A stretch of DNA of 63,364 bases, the filler included. It is 4 parts of 4 records of this genome, joined end to end, with 100 filler letters (N's around TTAATTAATTAA, not from the genome) between each part and the next. Parts side by side here need not be neighbours in the genome. Positions count along the whole stretch, not along the records: positions 35,040 to 56,856 come from SRR20825019_1414; positions 56,957 to 63,364 come from SRR20825019_1440; 2 more parts are not named here. One strand, written 5' to 3'. The notes beneath the pieces are model-generated. The model had not been told where the DNA came from. It saw nothing but the letters and a program-made list of their open reading frames with translations, and ran no database searches. Shown piece after piece: positions 49,059-58,136 of the stretch; the stretch's first letter is position 1, and each line of letters starts with the position of its first letter. A program made the position numbers and the translations under genes.

Positions 49059-49847
49059 TTAATTAATTTGTTGTCCCGTATTTAATAAGCCTGGTGATTC
49101 AATTTCTGGAGAACTCCAGATAAAATCGTTATATGAATTTCCTGTTCCTTTAAGCTGTAGTGAATATCCAATTGACGTTGTGCTGGTTGATTCGGAAACC
49201 CCTATGTCTATAGATGTTGTGCCAATTGCGGTATTATTTGTAGCTATAAAACTTCCTTCATAACTTATAAACTGTATTACTTGATTAGTGGAAAGTTTAA
49301 TGAGTGCTATTCCTTCCATATCATTTTGAATAGTAGTCGGGTAAAAACTTATAGCTCCATAATTATTAGATTCCATAGGAAGTATTCCCGATAAAGTAAA
49401 TCCATCATATGTAGCGCCATTTGCTCCATTATAGAGCAATATTCTATAATTACTCAAATCTAAACCAGATGGACCCGCAATTTCAATAAATTCACCAATA
49501 TCACCTCCAATATTATCGTAGTGAAATTCATTAATCCAAGGTTCAATAGGAATTTTATCTAAGCAATAAATATTTTCCCAAGTACTACCATTCCAAATTT
49601 GAAAACATCCAATATTTTCAACAAAAACTAGCAAACCCACATCATTAGAAATTGGATTAATTAAATCGCGCTGTGTCGTACTAGGAACCCTAGGGGGCAT
49701 TAAACCTTTAAAAGTAATACCTCCATCTGAAGTACTACTTATTTCAAGCATTGAAGAATTAGCAGGGTATATTGTTCCAACTCCCACTTGGCTATATCCA
49801 ATTCCCACTGTAAAGCCGCTAATAATAATTAAGGTATGTGTTTTCAT
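49059..49847 (-). CDS. Exported protein: QVG.GT..P domain plus lamin-tail-like domain
   Basis: Signal peptide then QVGVGT..P..SSMLEISS...KG.MPPRV; second half WINEFHYDN.G.D.GEFIEIAG..G.DL..Y.ILLYNG. Confidence 0.6.
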   Translation of the reverse strand: MKTHTLIIISGFTVGIGYSQVGVGTIYPANSSMLEISSTSDGGITFKGLMPPRVPSTTQRDLINPISNDVGLLVFVENIGCFQIWNGSTWENIYCLDKIPIEPWINEFHYDNIGGDIGEFIEIAGPSGLDLSNYRILLYNGANGATYDGFTLSGILPMESNNYGAISFYPTTIQNDMEGIALIKLSTNQVIQFISYEGSFIATNNTAIGTTSIDIGVSESTSTTSIGYSLQLKGTGNSYNDFIWSSPEIESPGLLNTGQQIN

Positions 49848-49982
49848 GACTATGAGTTTTATCATAGCCAAACAGAAAAAATCAATAAATAATAGATTGG
49901 GAAAACCAATCAGGGAGATGAACCTAATTTAGTGATTATAAATTAATTACAATGCAAATATTTGTAAATTTTCAAAACTATT

Positions 49983-51428
49983 TTAAGAATCTAAATCGAA
50001 AGTTTCGGAAGGGTTTTCTTGAGGATTGTAATTTAGCATTTCTTCACCATCCGCAATAATTGTACACACAGTAGCGTCTCCTGTTACATTTACAACAGTT
50101 CGGAACATATCTAAAATTCTATCTACTGGAAAAATAATAGCAATCCACGCAGGGTTTAATCCCACTGATTCTAAAACAATGATTAGCATAACCAAACCAG
50201 CGCTTGGCACTGCTGCGGAACCAATTGAAGCTAAAGTTGCTGTTAAAACAATGGTTAATTGTTGCCCAATTGTTAAATCTATCATGTGTAACTGCGCTAA
50301 AAATACAACCGCTACAGCTTGATATAAACAGGTTCCATCCATATTTACAGTTGCGCCGATAGGTAAAACGAAGCTGGTAATTTTTTTATCTACACCTAAG
50401 TTTTCTTCCACGCATTCCATAGTTACTGGAAGTGTTGCTGCGCTACTTGAAGTAGAAAAAGCTAAGGTTTGTGCTGGAGCCATAGCTTTAAAAAATCCTT
50501 TATATGGAATTTTCTTAACGAAAATCTTCATAAATAGCGGATAGATTATAAAAATCATCATCATAAGTCCTAAAAATACAGTAAGTGAATACCAGCTTAG
50601 GCCTTTAAAAATTTCATATACTTTACCAATATCGTCACCTGCCATCTTGCTTACAACTCCCGCCAATAAAGCAAACACGAAGAAAGGAGCAGCTTGCATA
50701 ACCAAATCGACCATTTTTAGGAAAACTTCCATCATACTATCCATAAAGGATGTAACTGGATGTGATTTTTCATTGGGAATCAATAACAAACAGACACCGA
50801 AAAATATTCCAAAGAAAATTATTTGAAGCATTAAACCGTTATCTGTTAAGGAAAAGAAGAAGTTCTCTGGCACTATATCCACTAATGGTTGTAATGGGGT
50901 AGCTTCTTTGGCTTGTTTCACAGTTTCCACTTTATCTGAAACAGCTGCATTATTTAATTCTCCTTTAGTTAAATCAGTAATTTTCTGGGCACGTTCAAAA
51001 AATTCAGGATCTTGAAGGTAATTTATTCCATCTTTAATTTCATGACCTTCAGATGCTGCCCAAATTTCATAGCTTATGCGGTTATCAATTCTACTTTGTT
51101 CATCAATAAGTTTTCCTGGTTGAATAATATTAACAAGAATTAGCCCCATTGCTACTGCAAAAAGCGTTGTAAACAAATATGCTAATAGCGTTTTCCCTCC
51201 CATTCTACCTAAGCTAGAAGGATCGCCAATATTTGCCACACCACTTATAATTGAAACAAGAACCAATGGTACAGCGATCAACTTTAAAAGATTGATAAAA
51301 ATCTTTCCAAAGGGTGCAATCCAATTAATGGTAAACTCGCTCCATCCTAATTGGCTAGAGAGTAAGGCCCAAATTATACCTAAAACTAATCCGATGATAA
51401 TTTTCCAGTGTAGTGCGAGTTTCTTCAT
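49983..51428 (-). CDS. Dicarboxylate/amino acid:cation symporter (DAACS)
   Basis: AFSTSSSAATLP, GATVNMDGT, DRILDMFRT.VNVTGD. Confidence 0.94.
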   Translation of the reverse strand: MKKLALHWKIIIGLVLGIIWALLSSQLGWSEFTINWIAPFGKIFINLLKLIAVPLVLVSIISGVANIGDPSSLGRMGGKTLLAYLFTTLFAVAMGLILVNIIQPGKLIDEQSRIDNRISYEIWAASEGHEIKDGINYLQDPEFFERAQKITDLTKGELNNAAVSDKVETVKQAKEATPLQPLVDIVPENFFFSLTDNGLMLQIIFFGIFFGVCLLLIPNEKSHPVTSFMDSMMEVFLKMVDLVMQAAPFFVFALLAGVVSKMAGDDIGKVYEIFKGLSWYSLTVFLGLMMMIFIIYPLFMKIFVKKIPYKGFFKAMAPAQTLAFSTSSSAATLPVTMECVEENLGVDKKITSFVLPIGATVNMDGTCLYQAVAVVFLAQLHMIDLTIGQQLTIVLTATLASIGSAAVPSAGLVMLIIVLESVGLNPAWIAIIFPVDRILDMFRTVVNVTGDATVCTIIADGEEMLNYNPQENPSETFDLDS

Positions 51429-51429
51429 T

Positions 51430-52509
51430 TTATTGTTGAATTGTTGAAATTTTTGAAATCTTATTAAGCATATAAAAATCGGCTAAAACCAATGCGGCCA
51501 TAGCTTCAACTATTGGAACAGCACGAGGTACCACACAAGGATCATGACGCCCTTTGCCTTCAGCTACTGCTTTATTTCCTTTGCTATCAATAGTATCTTG
51601 TTTTTGCATAATTGTAGCTACTGGTTTAAAGGCAACTTTAAAATAGATGTCTTCTCCATTACTAATTCCACCTTGAATTCCGCCACTAAAATTTGTTTTT
51701 GTACTTCCATCTTCATTAAAAGCATCGTTATGCTCGCTTCCTTTCATTGCAGTTCCCGCAAAACCACTTCCATATTCAAACCCTTTTACAGCGTTTATAG
51801 AAAGCATTGCTTTACCAAGTTCTGCGTGAAGTTTATCAAAAACGGGTTCACCCAAGCCAATTGGTACATTTTGAATTACACATGAAACGGTTCCTCCAAC
51901 GGTATCACCTTCCTTTCTAATGAGCTTTATATACTCTTCCATTTTTGAAGCCATTTCGGCATCAGGACATCGTACAGGATTTTTTTCTATTTCTGAGAAA
52001 TCGATTTCTGAATATGGTTTTTGCAACGTTAACGTGCCCACAGAAGAAACGTAGGCTGTAATTTTTATAGTAGCGAGTAATTGTTTTGCAATTGCTCCAG
52101 CCACTACTCTACAGGCTGTTTCACGTGCTGAGGAGCGACCCCCACCACGATAATCGCGAATTCCATATTTTTTATCGAATGTGAAATCTGCATGTGAAGG
52201 ACGATAAATGTCCTTTATATGTCCGTAATCCTGACTTTTTTGATTTGTATTTTCAATTAAAAACCCTATTGACGTACCAGTTGTTTTTCCTTCAAATATT
52301 CCGGAAAGAAACTTCACTTCATCTTCTTCTTTACGTTGGGTAACAATAGCAGATTGTCCTGGTTTTCTTCGTTGCATTTCAGCGTTTATTGCATCAAAAT
52401 CTAATGCGATTCCTGCTGGACATCCATCTATAATTCCACCTATGGCTGAACCGTGAGATTCTCCGAAGGTGGTGGTTTTAAAGATTTTTCCGAATGAATT
52501 ACCTGCCAT
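51430..52509 (-). CDS. aroC: Chorismate synthase
   Basis: [32 protein letters not shown]. Start reassigned to MAGNSFG. Confidence 0.97.
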   Translation of the reverse strand: MAGNSFGKIFKTTTFGESHGSAIGGIIDGCPAGIALDFDAINAEMQRRKPGQSAIVTQRKEEDEVKFLSGIFEGKTTGTSIGFLIENTNQKSQDYGHIKDIYRPSHADFTFDKKYGIRDYRGGGRSSARETACRVVAGAIAKQLLATIKITAYVSSVGTLTLQKPYSEIDFSEIEKNPVRCPDAEMASKMEEYIKLIRKEGDTVGGTVSCVIQNVPIGLGEPVFDKLHAELGKAMLSINAVKGFEYGSGFAGTAMKGSEHNDAFNEDGSTKTNFSGGIQGGISNGEDIYFKVAFKPVATIMQKQDTIDSKGNKAVAEGKGRHDPCVVPRAVPIVEAMAALVLADFYMLNKISKISTIQQ

Positions 52510-52682
52510 AAAGTGGTTTTCAACAAATGTAAACGATACGAATGAATAATGAAAATAAACTGTATTCATAATATTCTGGAAACATTCCAAACACTAAATA
52601 ACCGTAAAAAGAAGCAAACGTAACATTTACGTAAAATACTTAGTTACTTATTTTTAGAAATTTGTTTCATAAAATATACTAC

Positions 52683-53519
52683 TTGAAAAGAAAAGTTGAG
52701 ATTGTTGTTATTTCAGACGTGCATTTAGGAACTTATGGTTGCCATGCCAAAGAACTTCTTAACTATTTAAACTCTATTAAACCGAAGAAAATAATATTAA
52801 ACGGAGATATTATTGATATTTGGCAGTTTAGAAAGCGTTACTTTCCTAAGGCACATCTTCTTATTATAAAAAAAATACTTTCGCTTGCTACAAAAGGAAC
52901 AAAAGTATATTATATAACCGGGAATCACGATGAGCAATTACGCCGTTTTAGCAATACTAAAATGGGTAATATTCAGATTATTGATAAATTAGTGCTGAAT
53001 CTTGACGGTAAAAAAGCTTGGTTTTTTCATGGCGATGTTTTTGATGCTTCCGTACAACACGCCAAATGGATAGCAAAATTGGGAGGTTGGGGTTACGATT
53101 TACTTATTCTTCTAAATAGATTCATTAATTATTTCCTTATAAAAGCTGGAAAGGAAAAATATTCGCTTTCGAAAAAGATAAAAAACGGTGTAAAAGGCGC
53201 AATCAAGTTTATTAATAATTTTGAGGAAACCGCAACCGATCTTGCAATCGATAATAATTTTGATTTTGTAGTTTGTGGACATATCCACCAACCTTGTATG
53301 AAGGAAGTTAAAACGCCTAAAGGAAGCTGTACGTATCTAAATAGTGGCGATTGGATTGAAAATCTTACTGCTCTGGAGTATTCTAATGAAAGATGGACGC
53401 TATACAGTTATCAAGACAGAAAACATCTTTTAGTACCTGAAGAAACAGAAATAGAGAACGAAGAAACTGATTTTGCAACAATGATGGCAGCAATGAAAAC
53501 GTTTAAAGCTTCTTTTTAG
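52683..53519 (+). CDS. Metallophosphoesterase, UDP-2,3-diacylglucosamine diphosphatase-like
   Basis: SDVHLG, GDIID, GNHD, HGD, GHIH, NSGDW; probable TTG start. Confidence 0.85.
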   Translation: MKRKVEIVVISDVHLGTYGCHAKELLNYLNSIKPKKIILNGDIIDIWQFRKRYFPKAHLLIIKKILSLATKGTKVYYITGNHDEQLRRFSNTKMGNIQIIDKLVLNLDGKKAWFFHGDVFDASVQHAKWIAKLGGWGYDLLILLNRFINYFLIKAGKEKYSLSKKIKNGVKGAIKFINNFEETATDLAIDNNFDFVVCGHIHQPCMKEVKTPKGSCTYLNSGDWIENLTALEYSNERWTLYSYQDRKHLLVPEETEIENEETDFATMMAAMKTFKASF

Positions 53520-56458
53520 AACGAATTATCTTTTAACGCATTTTTCAAAATTGTAATAGGATGCAAAGCTTTTCTACCTGTACCGTCATAGATTTGATGC
53601 CTACAACTTGTTCCATTTGCAGAAATTATAGTGTCATCTGGAGATTTCCTTACAGCTGGAAACAGCTTCAACTCCCCTATTTTCATGCTAATATCGTAAT
53701 GTACTTTTTCATAACCAAAACTCCCTGCCATTCCACAACACCCTGAAGTTATAATAGTTGGTTTGTAGTTTTTTGGAAGGTTTAAAATATCGAAGGTTAC
53801 TTTTTGGTTGCTAAGTGATTTTTGATGGCAATGTGAATGGATTTTAATGTTTTTTTCTTCTGAAGTAAATTGTGATTCTGAAATATATCCTTTTTGAATC
53901 TCTGAAGCTAAAAACTCTTCAATCAAAAAAGTGTTTTCCAAAATACTTTTTGCTGAAACAATATCATCTGCCATTCTAAGGTATTCGTCTCGAAAACTAA
54001 GTATTGCTGAAGGTTCAATACCTATCAATGGAATAGACGCTGTTACTTTATCTTTTAAATAAGAAATGTTTTTATTTGCCTCATTTTTAGCTTCCACCAA
54101 AAATCCTTTTGAAATAAGGGCGCGACCACTATCCAAAGTATCAACAATCTCCACTTTGTAGCCTAAACTTGTTAAAAGTAGAAAGGAATCGAGTGCTATT
54201 TCTGCATCTAAATAATTACTAAACTCATCAACAAAAAGTAAAACAGATTTAGTTGTTTTTCCACAATTATAATTTTTATTAAAATTTTGATTTACAGCAG
54301 AATTAGCTATCCTACTAAAACTTTTTGTTGAAATATTTGGAAGTGTACGATTTTGATGTACACCACTACTATTTTTAATAATTCTTGAAGTAAAAGAATT
54401 TGAAAAAACCCAATTTGAAGCCTTTGGAAATCGTGAAGCAATTTTATTGAGTTTCGTGCTTTTTCCAAAGAGTTTATTTGAAAATGAAACCCCATTCACT
54501 TGATTATATTGGTATAAAAATTCAGCTTTTGCGGTACTAATATCTACATTACTTGGGCATTCGCTAGCACACGCTTTACAACTTATACACAGATCAAAAA
54601 CTTCTTTTAGTGCTTTTGAATTAAACTTATTTACCGAATCATTATTTGTTAAAACCTCTCGTAAAGCATTTGCACGAGCGCGTGTGGTATCTTTTTCGTT
54701 TTTTGTAGCTTGATAACTCGGACACATTGCACCAGCTGCATCTGCAGACTTACGGCAATCCCCACTCCCATTACATTTTTCAGCGAGCCGAAGAATTCCT
54801 TCAGAATCACTAAAATCCATTAAAGTTTTAATGTTTGGTTCCTCCCTATCAACTTTATATCGTAGTGATTCATCCATTTTAAAGGCGTTCACAATCTTTC
54901 CAGGATTAAATATATTTTGAGGGTCAAACGCGGTTTTTATCCGTTTTAAAAGTTCATAATTCTTCTGGCCTATCATCAACGGAATAAACTCTGCCCGAAC
55001 TATTCCATCGCCATGTTCCCCAGAAAAAGAGCCTTTATATTTTTTACAAAGAAGCGCAACATCCGTAGTAATTTTTCTAAAATAAGTAATCCCTTCCTGC
55101 TCTTTCAAATTTAGAATTGGGCGTAAATGAAGCTCTCCTGCACCAGCATGCGCATAATAAACTGCTTGTTGGTCGTATTTTTTCATCAAATCTGAAAACT
55201 CCTTAATATAATTTGGCAAATCTTCAAGTGCAACGGCAGTATCCTCAATACAAGCCACAGCTTTTTTATCGCCCACCATATTTCCTAATACTCCTAAGCC
55301 AGCTTTGCGTAATTCGAGTGCCATTTCAATTTCTTCCCCTCTTAAAACTGGGGTGTGATAGCTATAATTCGAACTATTTAACGATTCTAGTAAATGCTTT
55401 ATTTGCAGGTTTAAATCTTCTTCAGTATCGCTTTTCAATTCTAATAATAAAATTGCTTTTGGATCATCTTTTACAAAAAAACGATACGGCACATACGTTT
55501 TGTTTTTTTTGGTGCAATCTAAAATCACATTATCCATCATTTCGCAGGTATGCAATTTATGCTGCATCGCAACCACAACATCGTTTAAGCAAGCCTCTAA
55601 TGTTTTATAATGTGTTGCCACCATTGCAGTAAATTTTGGTGGTAAAGGATCTAATTGAAGTGTGATTTCTGTAGTAAAAGCGAGTGTTCCTTCACTTCCA
55701 CATAGTAAATTACAGAGATTAATTTCTTCATTAGCATCCCCAAAAGCAGAGGAATTCAATAACATATCAACTGCATAACCTGTATTACGTCTATGAATTT
55801 CTGGTTTTGGAAATTGTTCTTTTATTTCTTGCTGAACTTCTTTTGAACTTAATTCGGAATAAAGCGTCCTATATATTTTACCTTCTAAAGAATCTGTTTC
55901 TGCTTTCCTTAAAAATTCTTCCTTGGAAAGCGATTTAAACTCAACTTCTTCACCATTTGAAAGAAGTGTTTTCAATTTTAAAACTTTGTCGCGAGTTACG
56001 CCATATTGGATAGACGTTGTGCCACTACTATTGTTTCCAACCATACCGCCAACCATACAACGGTTGCTCGTTGAAGTATTTGGACCAAAAAAGAGCCCGA
56101 ATTGTTTTAAATATGTATTCAATTCATCTCGAATAACTCCAGGTTGAACAGTAACCGTTTTTTTTACGGTATCAACAGCTAAAATTTTGGTGAAATGCTT
56201 TGAAACGTCTACTATAATTCCATCGCCAACACATTGTCCTGCCAAAGAAGTACCTGCGGTTCTAGGAATAAGCGATGTTTCATTTATTTCAGCAAAAGAG
56301 ATTAGTTGCTTAATTCCACGTTTATTTTTTGGAAAAGCTACAGCTAGTGGAATTTTTCTATAAACTGAAGCATCCGTAGCGTATATTGAGGTATAAAGTG
56401 AATCTGTGAAAAATTCACCATTAAAAATTTTCTGAAAATCGGATAATTGTTTTTTCAT
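53516..56458 (-). CDS. FAD-binding and Fe-S-binding oxidoreductase (YdiJ/GlcDF-like)
   Basis: YATDAS.Y, GTSLAGQ, GSEGTL, GEHGDG, CISCKAC..ECP, CCGMAGSFG. Confidence 0.9.
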   Translation of the reverse strand: MKKQLSDFQKIFNGEFFTDSLYTSIYATDASVYRKIPLAVAFPKNKRGIKQLISFAEINETSLIPRTAGTSLAGQCVGDGIIVDVSKHFTKILAVDTVKKTVTVQPGVIRDELNTYLKQFGLFFGPNTSTSNRCMVGGMVGNNSSGTTSIQYGVTRDKVLKLKTLLSNGEEVEFKSLSKEEFLRKAETDSLEGKIYRTLYSELSSKEVQQEIKEQFPKPEIHRRNTGYAVDMLLNSSAFGDANEEINLCNLLCGSEGTLAFTTEITLQLDPLPPKFTAMVATHYKTLEACLNDVVVAMQHKLHTCEMMDNVILDCTKKNKTYVPYRFFVKDDPKAILLLELKSDTEEDLNLQIKHLLESLNSSNYSYHTPVLRGEEIEMALELRKAGLGVLGNMVGDKKAVACIEDTAVALEDLPNYIKEFSDLMKKYDQQAVYYAHAGAGELHLRPILNLKEQEGITYFRKITTDVALLCKKYKGSFSGEHGDGIVRAEFIPLMIGQKNYELLKRIKTAFDPQNIFNPGKIVNAFKMDESLRYKVDREEPNIKTLMDFSDSEGILRLAEKCNGSGDCRKSADAAGAMCPSYQATKNEKDTTRARANALREVLTNNDSVNKFNSKALKEVFDLCISCKACASECPSNVDISTAKAEFLYQYNQVNGVSFSNKLFGKSTKLNKIASRFPKASNWVFSNSFTSRIIKNSSGVHQNRTLPNISTKSFSRIANSAVNQNFNKNYNCGKTTKSVLLFVDEFSNYLDAEIALDSFLLLTSLGYKVEIVDTLDSGRALISKGFLVEAKNEANKNISYLKDKVTASIPLIGIEPSAILSFRDEYLRMADDIVSAKSILENTFLIEEFLASEIQKGYISESQFTSEEKNIKIHSHCHQKSLSNQKVTFDILNLPKNYKPTIITSGCCGMAGSFGYEKVHYDISMKIGELKLFPAVRKSPDDTIISANGTSCRHQIYDGTGRKALHPITILKNALKDNSF

Positions 56459-56592
56459 TGCTGAGACCGTAAAAGTAACAAACTTCCTTAACAAAATTTT
56501 GTAAAAAATATGATTTAGATTAGCATCGCCTTAACTATCATCGAATACTTTTAAGACTATATTTACGATATTAACAACTTAAAGAAAAAATT

Positions 56593-56856
56593 ATGAAAAA
56601 ATCAATTTTAGTCGTTCTTGCCGTAGTGGCTTTTGGATGGCAAGCTACCGCACAAGAAATATCAGAAAACGCTATTGGACTTAGGTTTGGAGACAATGAT
56701 GGCTTCGGAACTGAAGTTAATTACCAGCGTGGTTTGGGCGACAATAATCGTTTAGAATTAGGACTAGGATGGAATAGTAGCCGCCATTATGACGCTATAA
56801 AATTAACAGGAATTTACCAATGGGTTTGGAATATTGATGGTGGTTTTAACTGGTAT
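56593..56856 (+). CDS. Exported/outer-membrane hypothetical protein, 3'-truncated
   Basis: Signal peptide; NAIGLRFG...G.EVNYQR.LG.NNRLE; open to the gap. Confidence 0.65.
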
Positions 56857-56956
56857 NNNNNNNNNNNNNNNNNNNNNNNNNNNNNNNNNNNNNNNNNNNN
56901 TTAATTAATTAANNNNNNNNNNNNNNNNNNNNNNNNNNNNNNNNNNNNNNNNNNNN
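56857..56956. other. Artificial contig spacer
   Basis: N44-TTAATTAATTAA-N44. Confidence 0.98.
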
Positions 56957-58114
56957 AGACAGCGCCAGATACATCATCGGGCGGATAACGATCTGGCCGT
57001 TGATGGCAACCGGGCGTTCCTGAATCTTGTGCATGCCAAGAATACCAGACTGCGGCGGATTGAGGATCGGGCTGGACATCAGCGAGCCGAAAATGCCGCC
57101 ATTGGAGATCGTGAACGTACCGCCTTGCATATCGTCAACGGTCAGTTTGCCGTCACGCGCTTTGCGGCCATAGTTGGCGATGGAAAGCTCAGTATCCGCG
57201 AAGGACATATCCTGCGCATCCTTGAGCACAGGCACAACAAGGCCGTTCGGGCTTGAGACCGCAACGCCAATATTTGCGAAATTGTGGTAGACGATCTCGT
57301 CGCCATCAATCTGCGCGTTCACCGCTGGGATTTCCCTGAGCGCAAGGCAACAGGCCTTCGTGAAGAAGCTCATGAAGCCGAGCTTGATGTTATGCTTCTT
57401 GGCGAACAGGTCTTTGTATTTATTCCGCGCGGCCATCACCGCAGACATGTCCACCTCGTTATAGGTGGTAAGCATCGCTGCTGTGTTTTGCGCGTCTTTC
57501 AGGCGTTCCGCAATACGCTTGCGCAGCCGGGTCATTTTCACCCGTTCTTCCCGTGGGCCGGACGGCGCAGCTGTCGCCGCAGCAGGCGCAGACAGGGTGC
57601 GTGCACTGCCGCTTTCAATCGCTTTCAGCACGTCCCCTTTGGTGAGGCGGCCATCTTTACCCGTGCCCGTGATAGACGCAGGGTCGAGATTATAGTCTTC
57701 CACCAAGCGGCGCACAGCCGGAGACATAGGCATCAGGTCACCGCCGCCGGATGAGGCCGCTGGCGCTGGCGCAGGTGCAGCTTCCTTGGCAGCTTCTTCC
57801 TTCTTCGCGGCCGGTGCAGGCGTTTCCGCTTTCTCAGCTTTAGGCGCAGGGGCAGGCGTACCGCTTGCCTTGCCTTCAGTGTCGACCTTTGCGATCAGCG
57901 CGCCAATCTCAACGTCTTCGCCTTCTTCAACAACGATCTCGACCAAAACGCCAGCCACAGGGCTTGGCACTTCCATCGCCACCTTGTCGGTTTCAACTTC
58001 TACAATCGGTTCATCCGCAGCGACCGCGTCGCCCACCTTTTTCAGCCATGTGCCGATGGTGCCTTCCGCGACCGATTCACCCATCTGCGGGATTACGATA
58101 TCTTCGATTGCCAT
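56957..58114 (-). CDS. sucB: Dihydrolipoamide succinyltransferase (E2), 3'-truncated
   Basis: Lipoyl ETDKV, E3-binding GTGKDGRLTK, MTRLRKRIAERL, PILNPPQS. Confidence 0.96.
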
Positions 58115-58136
58115 TGGGTGTGCTCCTACCCTTCTT

